The translations under genes and the position numbers were made by a program. Below are positions 20,425-46,825 of a DNA stretch of 64,000 bases, piece after piece. The notes beneath the pieces are model-generated. The model was given only the letters and a program-made list of their open reading frames with translations, had not been told where the DNA came from and did no database searches. Within the stretch, counting starts at the first letter, position 1, and every line of letters starts with the position of its first letter. The stretch is from the human T2T-CHM13v2.0 reference genome, Homo sapiens. The stretch lies in assembly GCF_009914755.1 (NCBI RefSeq), contig NC_060939.1; one strand, written 5' to 3'.

Positions 20425-21586
20425 TCATCCCAGAGGTGAGCCTGAAATTCTAAAACATAAAGAGTTCCTCCAAAGTTGCTCTGGGCGGGTCCCAAATTCA
20501 AGTTTCCCACTGGCCCTCAGTCTCCTAAGGTTGTTTTAAAGGGAGAATGTTGGCCAATTCTGACTGGGACCCACACCTCCAGGTAAAACTTTAAAAGGAC
20601 AGCCTTTAGAGAAGAAGGCAGAGATGGGAAAGAGGTAAAACAGCTGTCACCTCTCTTAATTCTAACAATCTTCTCGCACCTAGCTGTAGCCAACTTAGTT
20701 CCCACATTCAGCGAAGTTAAGTTGTTTCCAATCATTTGGCCCCTCCCAGCCTGGGGGCCTCTGACCTCTGGCCTTTCTTTGGAAAAGCAATGCAGAGTCC
20801 AGATCTGCAGGAGTAGCTCCCAGCTGGGCCCCCGAGAAGGGAAGAAGCAAACTTTCCACAGTTTGCACCAAGACCCAGGAGGCAATGTCAGAGAGGAAGT
20901 GAGGAAGCCTGCCTGGCAGAAAAGCAATGGCGGCTCAGACATATCCACCCACAGACACTCCATTCTCCTGCAAGTGTCCCCACAATGGATTGGCTCTGCC
21001 AGGAGCCATCCCTACCCCCATTCAGCTATCTTAGAATTGTCACCTCCTGAAATAAGGACAGAACATTATGTAACCCATTTCCTCAGGCCTCAGAGCTATG
21101 GAGTCACATGCACTAGTCAGGAGAATCCCATTGGCTCTTCCATAGGGCCCCAGGGCCGCTGCACACAGGGCTTTGTGTGAATTAGAGAGAGGAGGCCTCT
21201 CTGGGCACTTTTGAAGGTGCCTTCTCTGAGTAGAAAAAGCAGAAAAATGTCCCCATTTGCGTGACAGGCACTCTCGGATGCAGCAATATTTATGCAACTG
21301 TATGTGTGGCACTGAATGAGTCCCTCCTTTTGAAGCCTTCCCTAGGTGGTCTGGGTGTTTTCAGAGCATCTGCCATGTTCCTCCTGTCCTGCTCAAGCTC
21401 TCTCTGGTTGATGGCCTCTGTCTCCAAGGCTACTGGAGGACATCTTGCTTCTGCTGGTGTCCACTGTGGGGTGCTGATGTCTGGCTCCAGGGAGGGCCTC
21501 CCTGTGCTCTCAGAATGGCCAAGTGAGGCTGTGCCCTCGGCGCCTGGGCACGAAGGCAGTGCTGTTGGAGGCTGGCATCACACTGA

Positions 21587-21858
<272 letters not shown>

Positions 21859-23044
21859 TAGAACCAGCTCTTAAGGCCACTGCCTCAGGCCCTCACTCCA
21901 CAAAACCGTAAGTCCTTGGGACCAGGCCAACAAAGGGTCACAATCCAAGGTGGATATCCTGTGCCCCACTCACTCCAGTTCCCCCAAGTCCACAGACAAA
22001 CCCTGCTGCTTTCAGCATTCCTCTTCCTCAAAGGCAAACCTTGCTTGCTGGGAGCTCCACCCATCAGTTCATGGGACATCCCTAAAAACTCATTTTCCAA
22101 ATTAAACCACAGAGTACCTTCTGTCATACATTTTGGAGTTTTGTTTTACCTACCTCCTTCTTTTCCCGTAGTGAAACAAGCAAGGGGTTTAGCCTGAATG
22201 CATTCTACATCGTAGCAGAGTTTATGGGGAATCCGACTAGGTTATAGGAAAGACTGAGATCAAAAGACCAAACACTACGTTTCCAAGATTGTTTGTAGGA
22301 AATAGTCAAAATTGAGAAGCTGTAGATATGAACAGGACACCCTGTTGAAAGAAAATGAAGTGCTAGGCCAGTACTGACATAAGGTAAGAGATAAAATGAG
22401 CCAGTGAGAGAATCCCACGCACCACACCTCATATGATCCAGGAAAGCTTCCTGGATGTGGAGGACTTTGATGTAAAGAGTAACCAAAATTTCCTATGAGG
22501 AATCACCCCTTCCCCTCTCTCAGTCCCAAGGTGAAACACATGACTTGGTTCTGAACAATCAAAGCCCTGAATCCACTATCCCCAGTGACTGTTTGGGAGG
22601 AAGGGGTTAAGCAGGGTGACTCCTAAGTCTGAATTTGAACCTGTAAGGATAAAGTCGTGAATCTGTTACCCAATGGAGAATGACAATAAGCCAACAACAA
22701 GAGTAGAGGCGAGAAATGGAGAGAGGCCCAGTCCACATGAGTCCTGGGTTAAGCTTTATCTGAAGTCTTTTATATATAAAAGACAGTAAATTCCCTTTTC
22801 TGAGTAGGCCGATTTAAGTTGGATTTCTACTTCTTTGGAATCAAGAGTCCTGATGATTCAGAGGAAAGAAGGACTTATATAACATGAACAAAGACAGAAA
22901 GCTGGGAACTAAGAACCAGAGGGTAGTGGACAGTATCCTCAGCATCTGCCTCTGGGAAGTGCCACCTCTCTGACCATCCCCACAGTCATAAAGGAGAACT
23001 CCCCTGTACCTGGGCTTTCTTAAATGACCCTGTTCCTTCCTCAA

Positions 23045-23228
23045 GGTGGCTAATGCCTGTAATCGCAGCTACTGCGGAGGCTGAGGTGGGAGGATCACTT
23101 GACCCCGGGAGTTGGAGGCTGGAATGCAGTAGCCCCATGATGGGGCTACTGCACTCCAGCCTGGGCAACAGAGCAAGAAGAAGACCCTGTCTCTAAAACA
23201 AAACCAACCAACCAAACAAACAAAAAGA
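23045..23228 (+). mobile_element. Alu right-arm fragment
   Basis: Alu right monomer plus A-rich tail. Confidence 0.8.
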
Positions 23229-23795
23229 CTCTACTCCCCTGGTCACATCTGAGCTATCACAATTTCTTCCTCAGAAAATTGAAATTGCAACAAACAGTTT
23301 AATGTCAGTCAAGGCTAGTCCCCTGAAGGGGAAAAGAGGTAACACCTTGGGAACCATAGCATGGCTGTGTTTACTGCTTGTGGACTGAGCAGAAGAGAAA
23401 GCAAGACAGTATCATCACTTTATAGATGAGGAAAACTGATGGTCAGAAAGATTATGTAGCTTGCCTAAGGTTGCACATTTGGTATGATTTTACAGAACTA
23501 GAATCCAGCTTTTTGAATTCAAGGGTGGGGCAGGAAACAGCTAGGTCAGTGGCCTAAGAACTCCGGACGGGTGAGATTTGGGGCAGACAGCAGGGGTAGT
23601 CACCCTACAAGAGTCACGCCAAGTGCAAGCACTCAGAGACATCTCCCAACACTCAAAACAGCAAAGAAGTTCTGGTGCTTTAAGTGTTCCTCGCTCGGCT
23701 CAGAGACTCGGCTTCGAGCCGCGACTCAAGACAGCACCTGGGGGTATTTGTTTTGCCTAAGCCTGCTGCACTTCCACGGCCATTGAATCCCAAAA

Positions 23796-23866
23796 ACTAC
23801 AATTCCCATTATGCACCGCGAGTTCGCGGACTAAACAGGCATAAACTACAAGCCCCAGAATGCCTT
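23796..23866 (+). promoter_or_regulatory. Two ZNF143/Staf (SBS, ACTACA-type) elements
   Basis: ACTACAATTCCCATTATGCAC at 23796-23816 and ACTACAAGCCCCAGAATGCC from 23845 match the ACTACAnnnCCCAnnATGC composite. Confidence 0.85.
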
Positions 23867-23896
23867 GGGCGAGACGCGAGAGCACGGAGGAGCGGA

Positions 23897-23906
23897 GGGG
23901 CGTGGC
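23897..23906 (+). promoter_or_regulatory. GC/GT box (Sp/KLF)
   Basis: GGGGCGTGGC. Confidence 0.7.
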
Positions 23907-23924
23907 CACGTCGACCGCGCGGGA

Positions 23925-23947
23925 CCGTTAAATTTGAAACTTGGCGG
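23925..23947 (+). promoter_or_regulatory. MYB site + CHR element (DREAM/MMB-FOXM1 G2/M control) + E2F-like TTGGCGG
   Basis: CCGTTA (=TAACGG) 23925-23930, TTTGAA 23933-23938, TTGGCGG 23941-23947. Confidence 0.8.
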
Positions 23948-24107
23948 CTAGGGGTGTGGGCTTGAGGTGGCCGGTTTGTTAGGGAGTCGTGTACGTGCCT
24001 TGGTCGCTTCTGTAGCTCCGAGGGCAGGTTGCGGAAGAAAGCCCAGGCGGTCTGTGGCCCAGAGGAAAGGCCTGCAGCAGGACGAGGACCTGAGCCAGGA
24101 ATGCAGG

Positions 24108-24142
24108 ATGGCGGCGGTGAAGAAGGAAGGGGGTGCTCTGAG
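24108..24142 (+). CDS. BUB1B: BUB1B exon 1 coding part (MAAVKKEGGALS.., c.1-35)
   Basis: aggATGg strong Kozak inside CpG island; encodes the BubR1 N-terminus; donor AG|gtaggt at 24143. Confidence 0.97.
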
Positions 24143-25812
24143 GTAGGTACGGGAGAAAGCTGCTGGGGGCTGGGCCTGAGAGGACACGGCCTGGTAGGTA
24201 ATAGAAGGCTCCGCTCGGAGCAGTCGAGGGGGAGATCGGCACCGTCAGAACAGACCCCACCGGAGCCTCCTTCCTTTTGGAGTAGAATGCCGGAGGTGGA
24301 GGTGAAAACGCAGTGGACTGAGGGCACGTGCGAATCCTGCCGCATCCAGCTTCAAAGCGAAGAAGGCTGCGGGACCCCAGCGGAACAAAGAGTTTGGAAG
24401 TTGCAATGTTGTCTGTTTGTAACTCAGCTCAGCCACCTGCTAGTTGTTTGACCTTGGGCAAATCGTTTGTATGGAAAATGCTGATGTTAATGCTGCCTTA
24501 CGTGGTTCTGGGGGAATTCAAAGTATTTGTTAAGTAACTGCTTCCAAATAAGCGCTCAACAAATGGCAGGTGCTATGCCAATAGCACAGAGATCTGAAAG
24601 CCTTTAGCCAATATCATAGAGATCTAAATTATGCCAATAACATAGAGATCTAAAAGCCTTTTTCTGCATGTTTGCGGCTTTTCCTTGTATTAAAAAAACT
24701 ATATTGCAGTTCTAGGTTGGAAATCTGTATGTGTTTTCACTGTGGTGCCCGCAATACCTAGATAAGTGCTATGTCATGGGCTCTTTCATTCATGTAACAA
24801 GTATTTTTTTGGCTAAGCTCTGAGTGCAGCAAATATACAGACACAAAAATCTCAACCCTCATGAAGCTTAAGTTCTGGCATGGGATGAAGGTGGGGGAGT
24901 CAGACAATAAAGACAAACTGTTAGGTGGAGATGTGGTCAGTACTAAAAAAAATAATAAAGCAACTGGGTGTAGTGAATATTGGGGGTGGGGATTGGTGCA
25001 ATTTAACTTGAACACTGGAGTCTCACTGAGGAGATGTCACTTTGGTCAAGACTTGAAGGAATCTCAAAAGCTAGAGGTTCTATATCTGAGGAGAGTACAA
25101 AGGCTGAGGGTGAGAGCTAGGGGAGGAAGTTGCACCTGGCATGTCCAAGGCCATTGTCACTGGAGCAGAATTAACTAGAAGAGTAAAAGGATATTATGTA
25201 AAAATGGTGAAGATGCAGATTGTAAGGACTTAGCTTTTACTCTAGTTGTAATCAAAAGTCATTGGAAGGTTTTGAGCAAAGGAAAGACATAATCTGACTT
25301 GGGTTTAAATGGGGTCACTTTGGCTGTAGTGTTGAATACACTAAAGGCAGCAAAGGATGGAAGCAAGGGACACCAGTTAAGAGGTTATTGAAATAATTCA
25401 GCTCAAAAGTGAGTTGAGCCAGGTGGAAAACAGTGGAGATGATGATAAGTGGTTGATTTCTGTATATATTTTGAAGGTAGAACCAGTAGGACTTGCTGAC
25501 TGACTGAGGGGTATGAGAAGGGCATCAAAGTTGGCACTAAGATTTTTGGCTTGGGTAACTGAAGAATGGGATTGCCATTTATTTGAGAAAGAGGAAGACT
25601 GTGGGAGGAGCAGGTCTGGGAGGAAGTGGGGGCAGTCTTAGCTCAATTTGGGATATTTAACTGAGATAGTGTAATTCACTATTTTTAAGAGCAAGAGAAG
25701 AAAGTTCAGATGAATTCAACAAACAGGGCATAATAGTGTTATATCTCGTATTAGATCATGGGCATACAAAAATAAATGGCATAGCCCTTACCTTTACAGA
25801 GTTCACACAATA

Positions 25813-26765
25813 TAGAGCAGGTCCTGGTATAACATCGTTTCGTTATAATGTTGATGAGAAAAAAAATCAATTCATTGCGGGGCTGCTGTGTATGTGGAGT
25901 TTTCATGTTTTCCGCATGTCTGCATGGGTTTCCTTAGGTACTCCAGTTTCCTTCTACATCCCAAAGATGTGCCTGTTAATTGGCGTGTCTAAATGATCCC
26001 AGTCTGAATGGGTGTGAATGTGATGCTCCCTGTGATGGAGTGGTGTCCTGTCCAGGGTTGGTTCCTCTCTGAGTTGCTGAGATGGGCTCTGGCCACCCTC
26101 AACCCCGAACTAGAATAAGTGAGTTGGAAAATGAATGAAGGAATGAATACAAATTACTGTAAAATAAAAATCTGTAAAGGCTGGGAGCGGTGGCTCACAC
26201 CTGTAATCCCAGCACTTCGGGAGGCTGAGGCAACAGGATTGCTTAAGCTCAGCGGTTCAAGACCAGCCTGGGCAACATAGTAAGGCCTGTCTCTATTTAA
26301 AAAGTTTATATAAAGTGTGTATGATAATCATATAAATGCATGACAATAAACAATGCCTTATGAAAGTGCCCAGCATGCCCACTATAGTGTTACTATTTGT
26401 TTTTTGAACTTTGTGGTGGTAGGAGGTACTTCTTGAAATTTTCACTCTCAAACATTTATTCCTTGAGTTAACCCACCAACACTATGACTGCAGTCATTCA
26501 CTGATTCGCCAAAAATTGGGTAAATGATTATTTTTTGTTTTCATTAAATGTTCTTAAGTGTACGGATAGCTCACATTTATTTCAATATTTAGTATTAAAA
26601 ATGTTTGTTTCGAGTCTTTATTCAGAAGTTTGGTGACGTTTTTGTGACCAGAAATATGCCATAGGAACTTAACTTTTGTTTATGTCGATCAGCCTGTGGT
26701 AAAATTGGTTTTGTTACATGTCATTTTGATTAAAGTCATAGTTTCCAAGAAGCTGTCTCCAACGA
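25813..26765. mobile_element. MER6-like TcMar-Tigger element with inserted Alu monomer (26179-26305)
   Basis: aacatcgtttcgttataatgttgatgagaaaaaaaatc..tgtggagttt..catgtctgcatgggt. Confidence 0.7.
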
Positions 26766-27123
26766 GTTTTCAGTGCTCATCTAGACTGAAGTCACATATA
26801 ACTTTCACTCTATTTCAAAGATTAGTGCCAATGTGTCTCTCTTTTTGTTTTAAGTCCAGAGGTAATGTCTCTTAGAAATAGTCTTCTATCTAACCATTGC
26901 AGGGCTCTGAATTGCAGAATACGTAATGGGAATTACCTCCAAAACGTTTCGGGGGTTTTCTCAGTAGGCTTGCTAGAATTGGGTGTGAGGATGCAGGGAA
27001 TTGTGACTAGTAAACTGTGTTTGTTTGCTTCTGCTTTTAGCTACTTATATGTACAAACTTCAGTTTTGAATCATCATTGAAACATGGGACATTAGTCTCA
27101 CCCACACTTTGCTAATTTTAATG

Positions 27124-27690
27124 TTTTTTTTTTGAGACAGGGTCTTGCTCTGTTGCCCAGGCTGCAGTGCAGTGGTGTGATCATGGCTCACTGCAGCTTC
27201 GACCCCTGAACCCAAGCAATGCTCCCACCTCAGTCTTCTAAGTAGCCACGACCATGGGCGTGTACCACCACGCCTGGCTAATTTTTCACTTTTTGTAGAG
27301 ATGGGGGTCTTCCTATGTTGCCCAGGGTGGTGTTGAACTCCTGGGCTCAAGCACTTCTCCTGACTCAGCCTCCCAAAGTGGTAGGATTACAGGCATGAGC
27401 TACCACATCCGGCACTAATTTTAAATTAAACTAGATGATGCATTCAATGGTAGGCATAGAATTACTTGTTGCCTTTTTGTCTACTTTGCCAAATTTATAA
27501 CACTTTTGTTCCCTTCTTTTCTTTCTGCCTTAAGCCCTATTCATTTTTCTTTTTTTTTTTTTTTTTAAAGAAAGAGGCAGGGTCTTGCTATGTTGCCCAG
27601 GCTGGTATCAAACTCCTGGCTCAAGAAATCCTCCCACTTCGGCCTCACAAAGTGGTGGGATTACAGGTGTGAGCCACCGCACATAGCCAT
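27124..27690 (-). mobile_element. Antisense AluJ plus Alu monomer in intron 1
   Basis: Alu bodies with poly-T. Confidence 0.85.
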
Positions 27691-27886
27691 GCCCTATTCT
27701 TATAGTACTGTCTACGATATCCTTGCCAAGTTGTCTTCTATCAGGCAATACTGTAGCCATAAACTTGAAAAACAGCTAACAAAGAAGCTTAGGCATATAA
27801 TAATAATAATAATTATGTGTCAGTCCACTATATTCAACCCAAGACCATGAATAATCACCTTTCGGAAGACATTTACAATAATCTAG

Positions 27887-28156
<270 letters not shown>

Positions 28157-28738
28157 TGAGAGATGGCATAATGAGTACTTTTCAAAAATTGGTAGTATGA
28201 GAATCTGTTCTCTACCTGCTTTCGTATCACATGACAGCTATCTGAAGATGTCCTCAGGTATAATTAAGAACAAGGGCTATAGGATTTCATTTCACTGTGG
28301 TGCAGCGAAACTCTTTTTATCAATAGAAATACATTTTATACAGGGGGCAGTGATAAGCATAGTAAAGCAAGTATTATATTGCAATGCTTCCCAAAAGTAT
28401 TATGTTAGGAACTTATTTTTGAGAGTATGACAAAAAAAGAAGTGGTCTCCAAAGACATGTAAACCTCAGAACAATTGAATTTATACCAGAAAGTTCTCAA
28501 TAATTTTAACAAACTCTGGATAAATAAAAGCTGAAAAATACTCTTATGTTATTCAAATGGACCTGTGGATCTCCTTTAACTAATACATGTTTTGATAAAT
28601 ATGCTTTTTAAAAAAAAAGGTAAATCAGAGTATCAGTTTCTACCTTCAATCTCTGACAAAAAGAAATACTGCCATTACTGGCAAAATATCATAATTTGGG
28701 ATTATAATGCAATGACTATTCTTATTCATCTCTTTGGA

Positions 28739-31370
<2,632 letters not shown>

Positions 31371-32476
31371 GATTTTATTGTTTTACCATTTCTGCAGATA
31401 ATCTCATTATTTCACACTTTAATTGCCATATTAGCCTCATAACTGTGGTCCCTTCTTCTAATGCCTGGCTATCCTTATAAAGTTGCTTGATTAATCTTTC
31501 TGAAATCTTATATTTAAGATGCCCTCCAATTAAAGAACCAATAGTGGCTGGAGTAGATGGAATCCAAAGTCTTTAAATTTACATTTAAAGCATGTGCTTC
31601 TTACTTCTCCAGGGGTCTCCATTTGCTCTCGGTACTGACTTTATGTTATAGCTTAGGGTTCACTCACCTTCCTTTGGATGAGCTCTTCCACCTTCGTAAT
31701 TTTATTCAATATTAGTTTCCCTCTGTCTTGAAAAAACTGTTTTTCTTTCAAATTCCATGGTTCTTTCAGAGTCTCACCTTCTGAGGCTGCTTCTGTGATA
31801 CCTCCTTTTGACTTAAAGCCTTTACTATCCATTCTTGGCAACTGTAATTTAGTATCCTGCTTTGTATTACTAGTTCATTTTTCATTTGTGTACTTTGTTT
31901 TTCTTATTAGAGTATAAATTCCCATGTGTCAGGGACTAATTATTTTTAGATCAAACATAACTGCTTATCCAATTTTTATTAATCATTATCCAAATTCTGG
32001 CTTATTACCTAATTCTTCCCCTCTATTCTAACTGGTCAGTCTTAATTTGGTCTTAGCCCTCTGCCTTTCCCAGCTTTTTATAGTCATATTTTACCCTTTT
32101 TTTGAGGTATTCTCCAAATTATTTATAGTATTATTCTTCTCTGACCAATGTTACCCATGGAAGTTTTTTTTGAACTTTAAAATTCTTATTTATATATTTG
32201 TTCATGTGTGTAAACCCTTTACATTTAAGACTAGTCAACCTAATAAGAAAGTACTATTATTATCCCCATTTTACAAATGAGGAAACTGAAAACAGAGTTT
32301 TAAGTAGCTTGTCCGTGTTACTCAGCTTGTGATTGGTGGAGCTGAATTTGAATCTAGGTTGTCTTGTTCCAGAGTTCTTAACTGCTGTGTAGTATTAATA
32401 CTACTTTTCTGTATGTTGTCTTGAAATTTGTTTCTCTAATTTCTATATATTTTCTCTCTCTTCTTATGTTAAGTAG

Positions 32477-32812
<336 letters not shown>

Positions 32813-32841
32813 TAACAAACCCATAAACTCTAGTGCAATAA

Positions 32842-33051
<210 letters not shown>

Positions 33052-33343
33052 TAAGTCCTTATGGCCATGTTTCTCAAATTGGGGTATATGGAGTGTGTGT
33101 CAGAGTAGACAGTGGTGTCCTGGGGGCACAGAGATCCAGAATAATCATAATATATCTTCCTGAGGTGTTTAAGATTCAAGAAATTTCAAGTTTATGATGT
33201 ACAACTTTGAACTACACCCTTCTATCCCTATCCTCAGTTTTCCCCAGAAGCATGTACTAGAGATACTTTGGAGAAGTTTGAGGGATACAGGCTTAGGGTA
33301 TGTCATTGAGGACCTCAAAAGAAACATACTTTACTTCTGCTAA

Positions 33344-33598
<255 letters not shown>

Positions 33599-33824
33599 TA
33601 AATATTAAACTAAGAGATTTTCTCTAGAGGTATCTGGTATACCAAAAAAAAAGTAAAACAGCCATTTTGAACCATTTAGTAGATTGGAAACATTTAATAA
33701 ATATGCAATACTTCTTAAATTGGTTCTACTTAAAGGTGGACTTAAATATAGTATAATAAGGTATTTTCGCCCTTTTAAGATTGATCGCAAAGTCTGTAGA
33801 TCTCTCAGTGAGTATGGATTAATA

Positions 33825-34460
<636 letters not shown>

Positions 34461-34880
34461 AATTGGGCCATTCAACTGTACTGGAGGAGGAGGTGCAGGA
34501 GCTAACATTTGGCAGCAGTGTGGTTGTTTGGGGAAAAACTTCCCTCTGTGATTCTGGTATCCCTTTCACTCCTTTATGAAAGTCATCAACACAAAGAAGT
34601 GATATTTTAGTTTTTTATTGGTCTTTGGACTTTTTTCACCTAGTATATTGCTACAGCCAAAAATGTCTGCCTCAGCTGGGCATGGTGGCTCATGCCTGTA
34701 ATCCCAGCACTACTTTGTACTGTCTTACTTGACATGTAGGAAAAACATATTTTTTATTAAAAAAATGACCACCGTTTGTTAGACATTAATATTACTGCTT
34801 TTATTCTAAAATAAATTTAAAAAAATAAACAATAAATATTTGGAATTATTTACAACCACCACAATATGATGAAATATTGA

Positions 34881-35148
34881 CATTAAAACTGATAAGATTT
34901 CTTACTAAAATAAATCTCTTGGCATTAAAACTGATAAGATTTCTTAATAAAATAAAGTAAGAAATAAATTTCTTACTAAAATAAAGAAATAAATTTCTTA
35001 CTAAAATAAAGTAATAAAGTAAGAAATAAATTTCTTACTAAAAGTAATAAAGTAAGAAATAAATTTCTTACTAAAATAAAGTAATAAAGTAAGAAATAAA
35101 TTTCTTACTAAAATAAAGTAATAAAGTAAGAAATAAATTTCTTACTAA
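34881..35148. repeat. AT-rich palindromic minisatellite (~37-bp unit)
   Basis: AGTAAGAAATAAATTTCTTACT at 34956, 35018, 35051, 35088, 35125, partial at ~34984. Confidence 0.95.
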
Positions 35149-35182
35149 AGTCTTAAGGAGGACTGATTTTAAACTTCCAATA

Positions 35183-35599
35183 CAGTTGACCCTTGAACAA
35201 CACAGGGCTTAGGTGTGCCCACCCCTCACCCAGTTGAAAGTCTGCATATAACTTTTGGCCCCCAAAATTATTAATAGCCTACTGTTGACCAGACGCCTTA
35301 CCAATAACATAAAGTTGATGAACACATAGTTTGTATGCCATATGTATTATATCTTTTTTTTTACAACAATCTTAGCTAGAGAAAAGAAAATGTTATTAAG
35401 AAAATTATAAGGAAGAGAATGTATATTTAATAGTCATTAAGTGGATGATTGTAAAGATCTTCATCCTCGTCTTCACATTGAGTAGGCTGCGGAGGAAGAA
35501 AACGGGTTCGTCTTGCTGTCTCACGGGTGGCAGAGATGGAAGAAAATCTGTATATGTGAACCTATGCAGTTCAGACCTGTGTTGTTCAAGGGTCAACTG
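35183..35599. mobile_element. Tigger2a/MER28-like non-autonomous DNA transposon
   Basis: TIRs CAGTTGACCCTTGAACAAC / GTTGTTCAAGGGTCAACTG with TA target duplication. Confidence 0.9.
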
Positions 35600-35880
35600 T
35601 AGTTACAAGTATAGAAAATTAGGTAAATCCTGAAGCCATGAGGTATCTTGATTTCCTCAGGACATTCGACAAATATTTTTACATCCTTAGTGAAAGGTTG
35701 GAGAAATTACCCTATGGATATTAGTTACAGAAACTTATAATGAAGAATGGCACCCAAAGAATGCTAAACAGATTTGTTAGCCTGGAGTCTGTGGACCCTG
35801 GTGGTGTAACAATGGATTTTGTCCTTCATTTGTCACTAGCCTAAATAATATCTTTACATGTAATTTATTATAAGATTGGA

Positions 35881-39143
<3,263 letters not shown>

Positions 39144-39342
39144 TATTACTCCTTCTTGAAGCCTTTACTCTCCAACTCTTCTTACAAATCGCTCAGTTTT
39201 GCCTCTTTTTTAGGTCCTCCCAGTATGGTCCTTATCACATTGTAATAATAGATTTTTTTTTCAATACAGGAATTGCATGTAGTATCTCCAGTGATTGTTT
39301 GGCAACTAATAGGCATTCAATACGTGAGTAGAAATTGGTTAA

Positions 39343-39561
<219 letters not shown>

Positions 39562-39689
39562 TAAACTTTCTTTGGAGCTTGTCTTAACTCTAAAAATAAT
39601 AGAAATAAATTATCTCTTTTTTGCATCTGAATAAAGTGCTTTCTGGTGGATTGGCATGTTAAGTTTACTTAGTTACTATTCAATTTTTT

Positions 39690-45900
<6,211 letters not shown>

Positions 45901-46555
45901 GTACAGTGGGCATACTCCATCTTGGCCAACACCTGCAATTTATTCTGGGTTTTTTGGGGTTTTTTTTACCCTTATGATAATACTTTTTAAGGCTAGTTAA
46001 ATGAAGCAGTGGTAGGAATGGAGAATCTCTTCTGATAATACTTAAAACTGTGGCAGCAGCATAGGAAGTTTACTTTTCAAACTTCTGCCAGCTTTGCTAA
46101 AGTACAATGTCATGTCATATGCAACTTCATTTCATATAGGTCAGGAGAAACCGTATATGTGTGTGCGTGCACGTGCGCGCATGCATGTGTATAGAAAAAG
46201 AGACACAGTGATAAAATAGATGTGGCACAGTGTTAACAATTGGTGGGTCAAGTTTTCTAATAAAAAGTTAGTGGGAAAACTCTAATCTTAATAAACTCTG
46301 TGATCTTAGTCTTAATAACCCTAACCTGATCCTCAGATCAACTTAATGGTGATTTTCAGAATAATTTAAATTGGTCAAACTTGGGCATTTAAAGGGAGAG
46401 TTAAATAATTCTAGCCAAAACTTTTCATGATCTTAAGGTGACTCTCTTTACTTCTGAGAGAATAAACATGTTCTTTGGGATATTTCTGCATTCTTCCCCC
46501 AGCCTGCTCTTCTAATTTGTTTACTTTAACAAATTGGAAATTTTGAGTCTGGTAA

Positions 46556-46825
<270 letters not shown>

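Larger units (their letters stand above)
23690..24400 (+). promoter_or_regulatory. BUB1B: CpG-island promoter and exon 1 5'UTR of BUB1B (TATA-less; TSS probably near 23900-23960)
   Basis: Sharp local CpG/GC enrichment around exon 1; exact TSS cannot be fixed from sequence. Confidence 0.9.

Noticed and set aside
20517-21180. Overlapping 148-aa and 152-aa ORFs on opposite strands upstream of BUB1B
   Set aside because: No recognisable homology, non-ATG starts, no supporting splice or promoter structure.
24143-24152. Alternative exon 1 donor 4 nt downstream (gtag|gtacgg)
   Set aside because: It would put an immediate TAG in the main frame and does not fuse the uORF to the CDS; no evidence of use.
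23809-24345. 178-aa antisense ORF over the promoter
   Set aside because: Stop-poor GC-rich CpG island, no ATG at the ORF-track start, no recognisable domain.
34950-35148. CRISPR-like array of palindromic repeats
   Set aside because: The 'spacers' are near-identical short AT linkers, there are no cas genes, and the context is a primate intron; it is a minisatellite.
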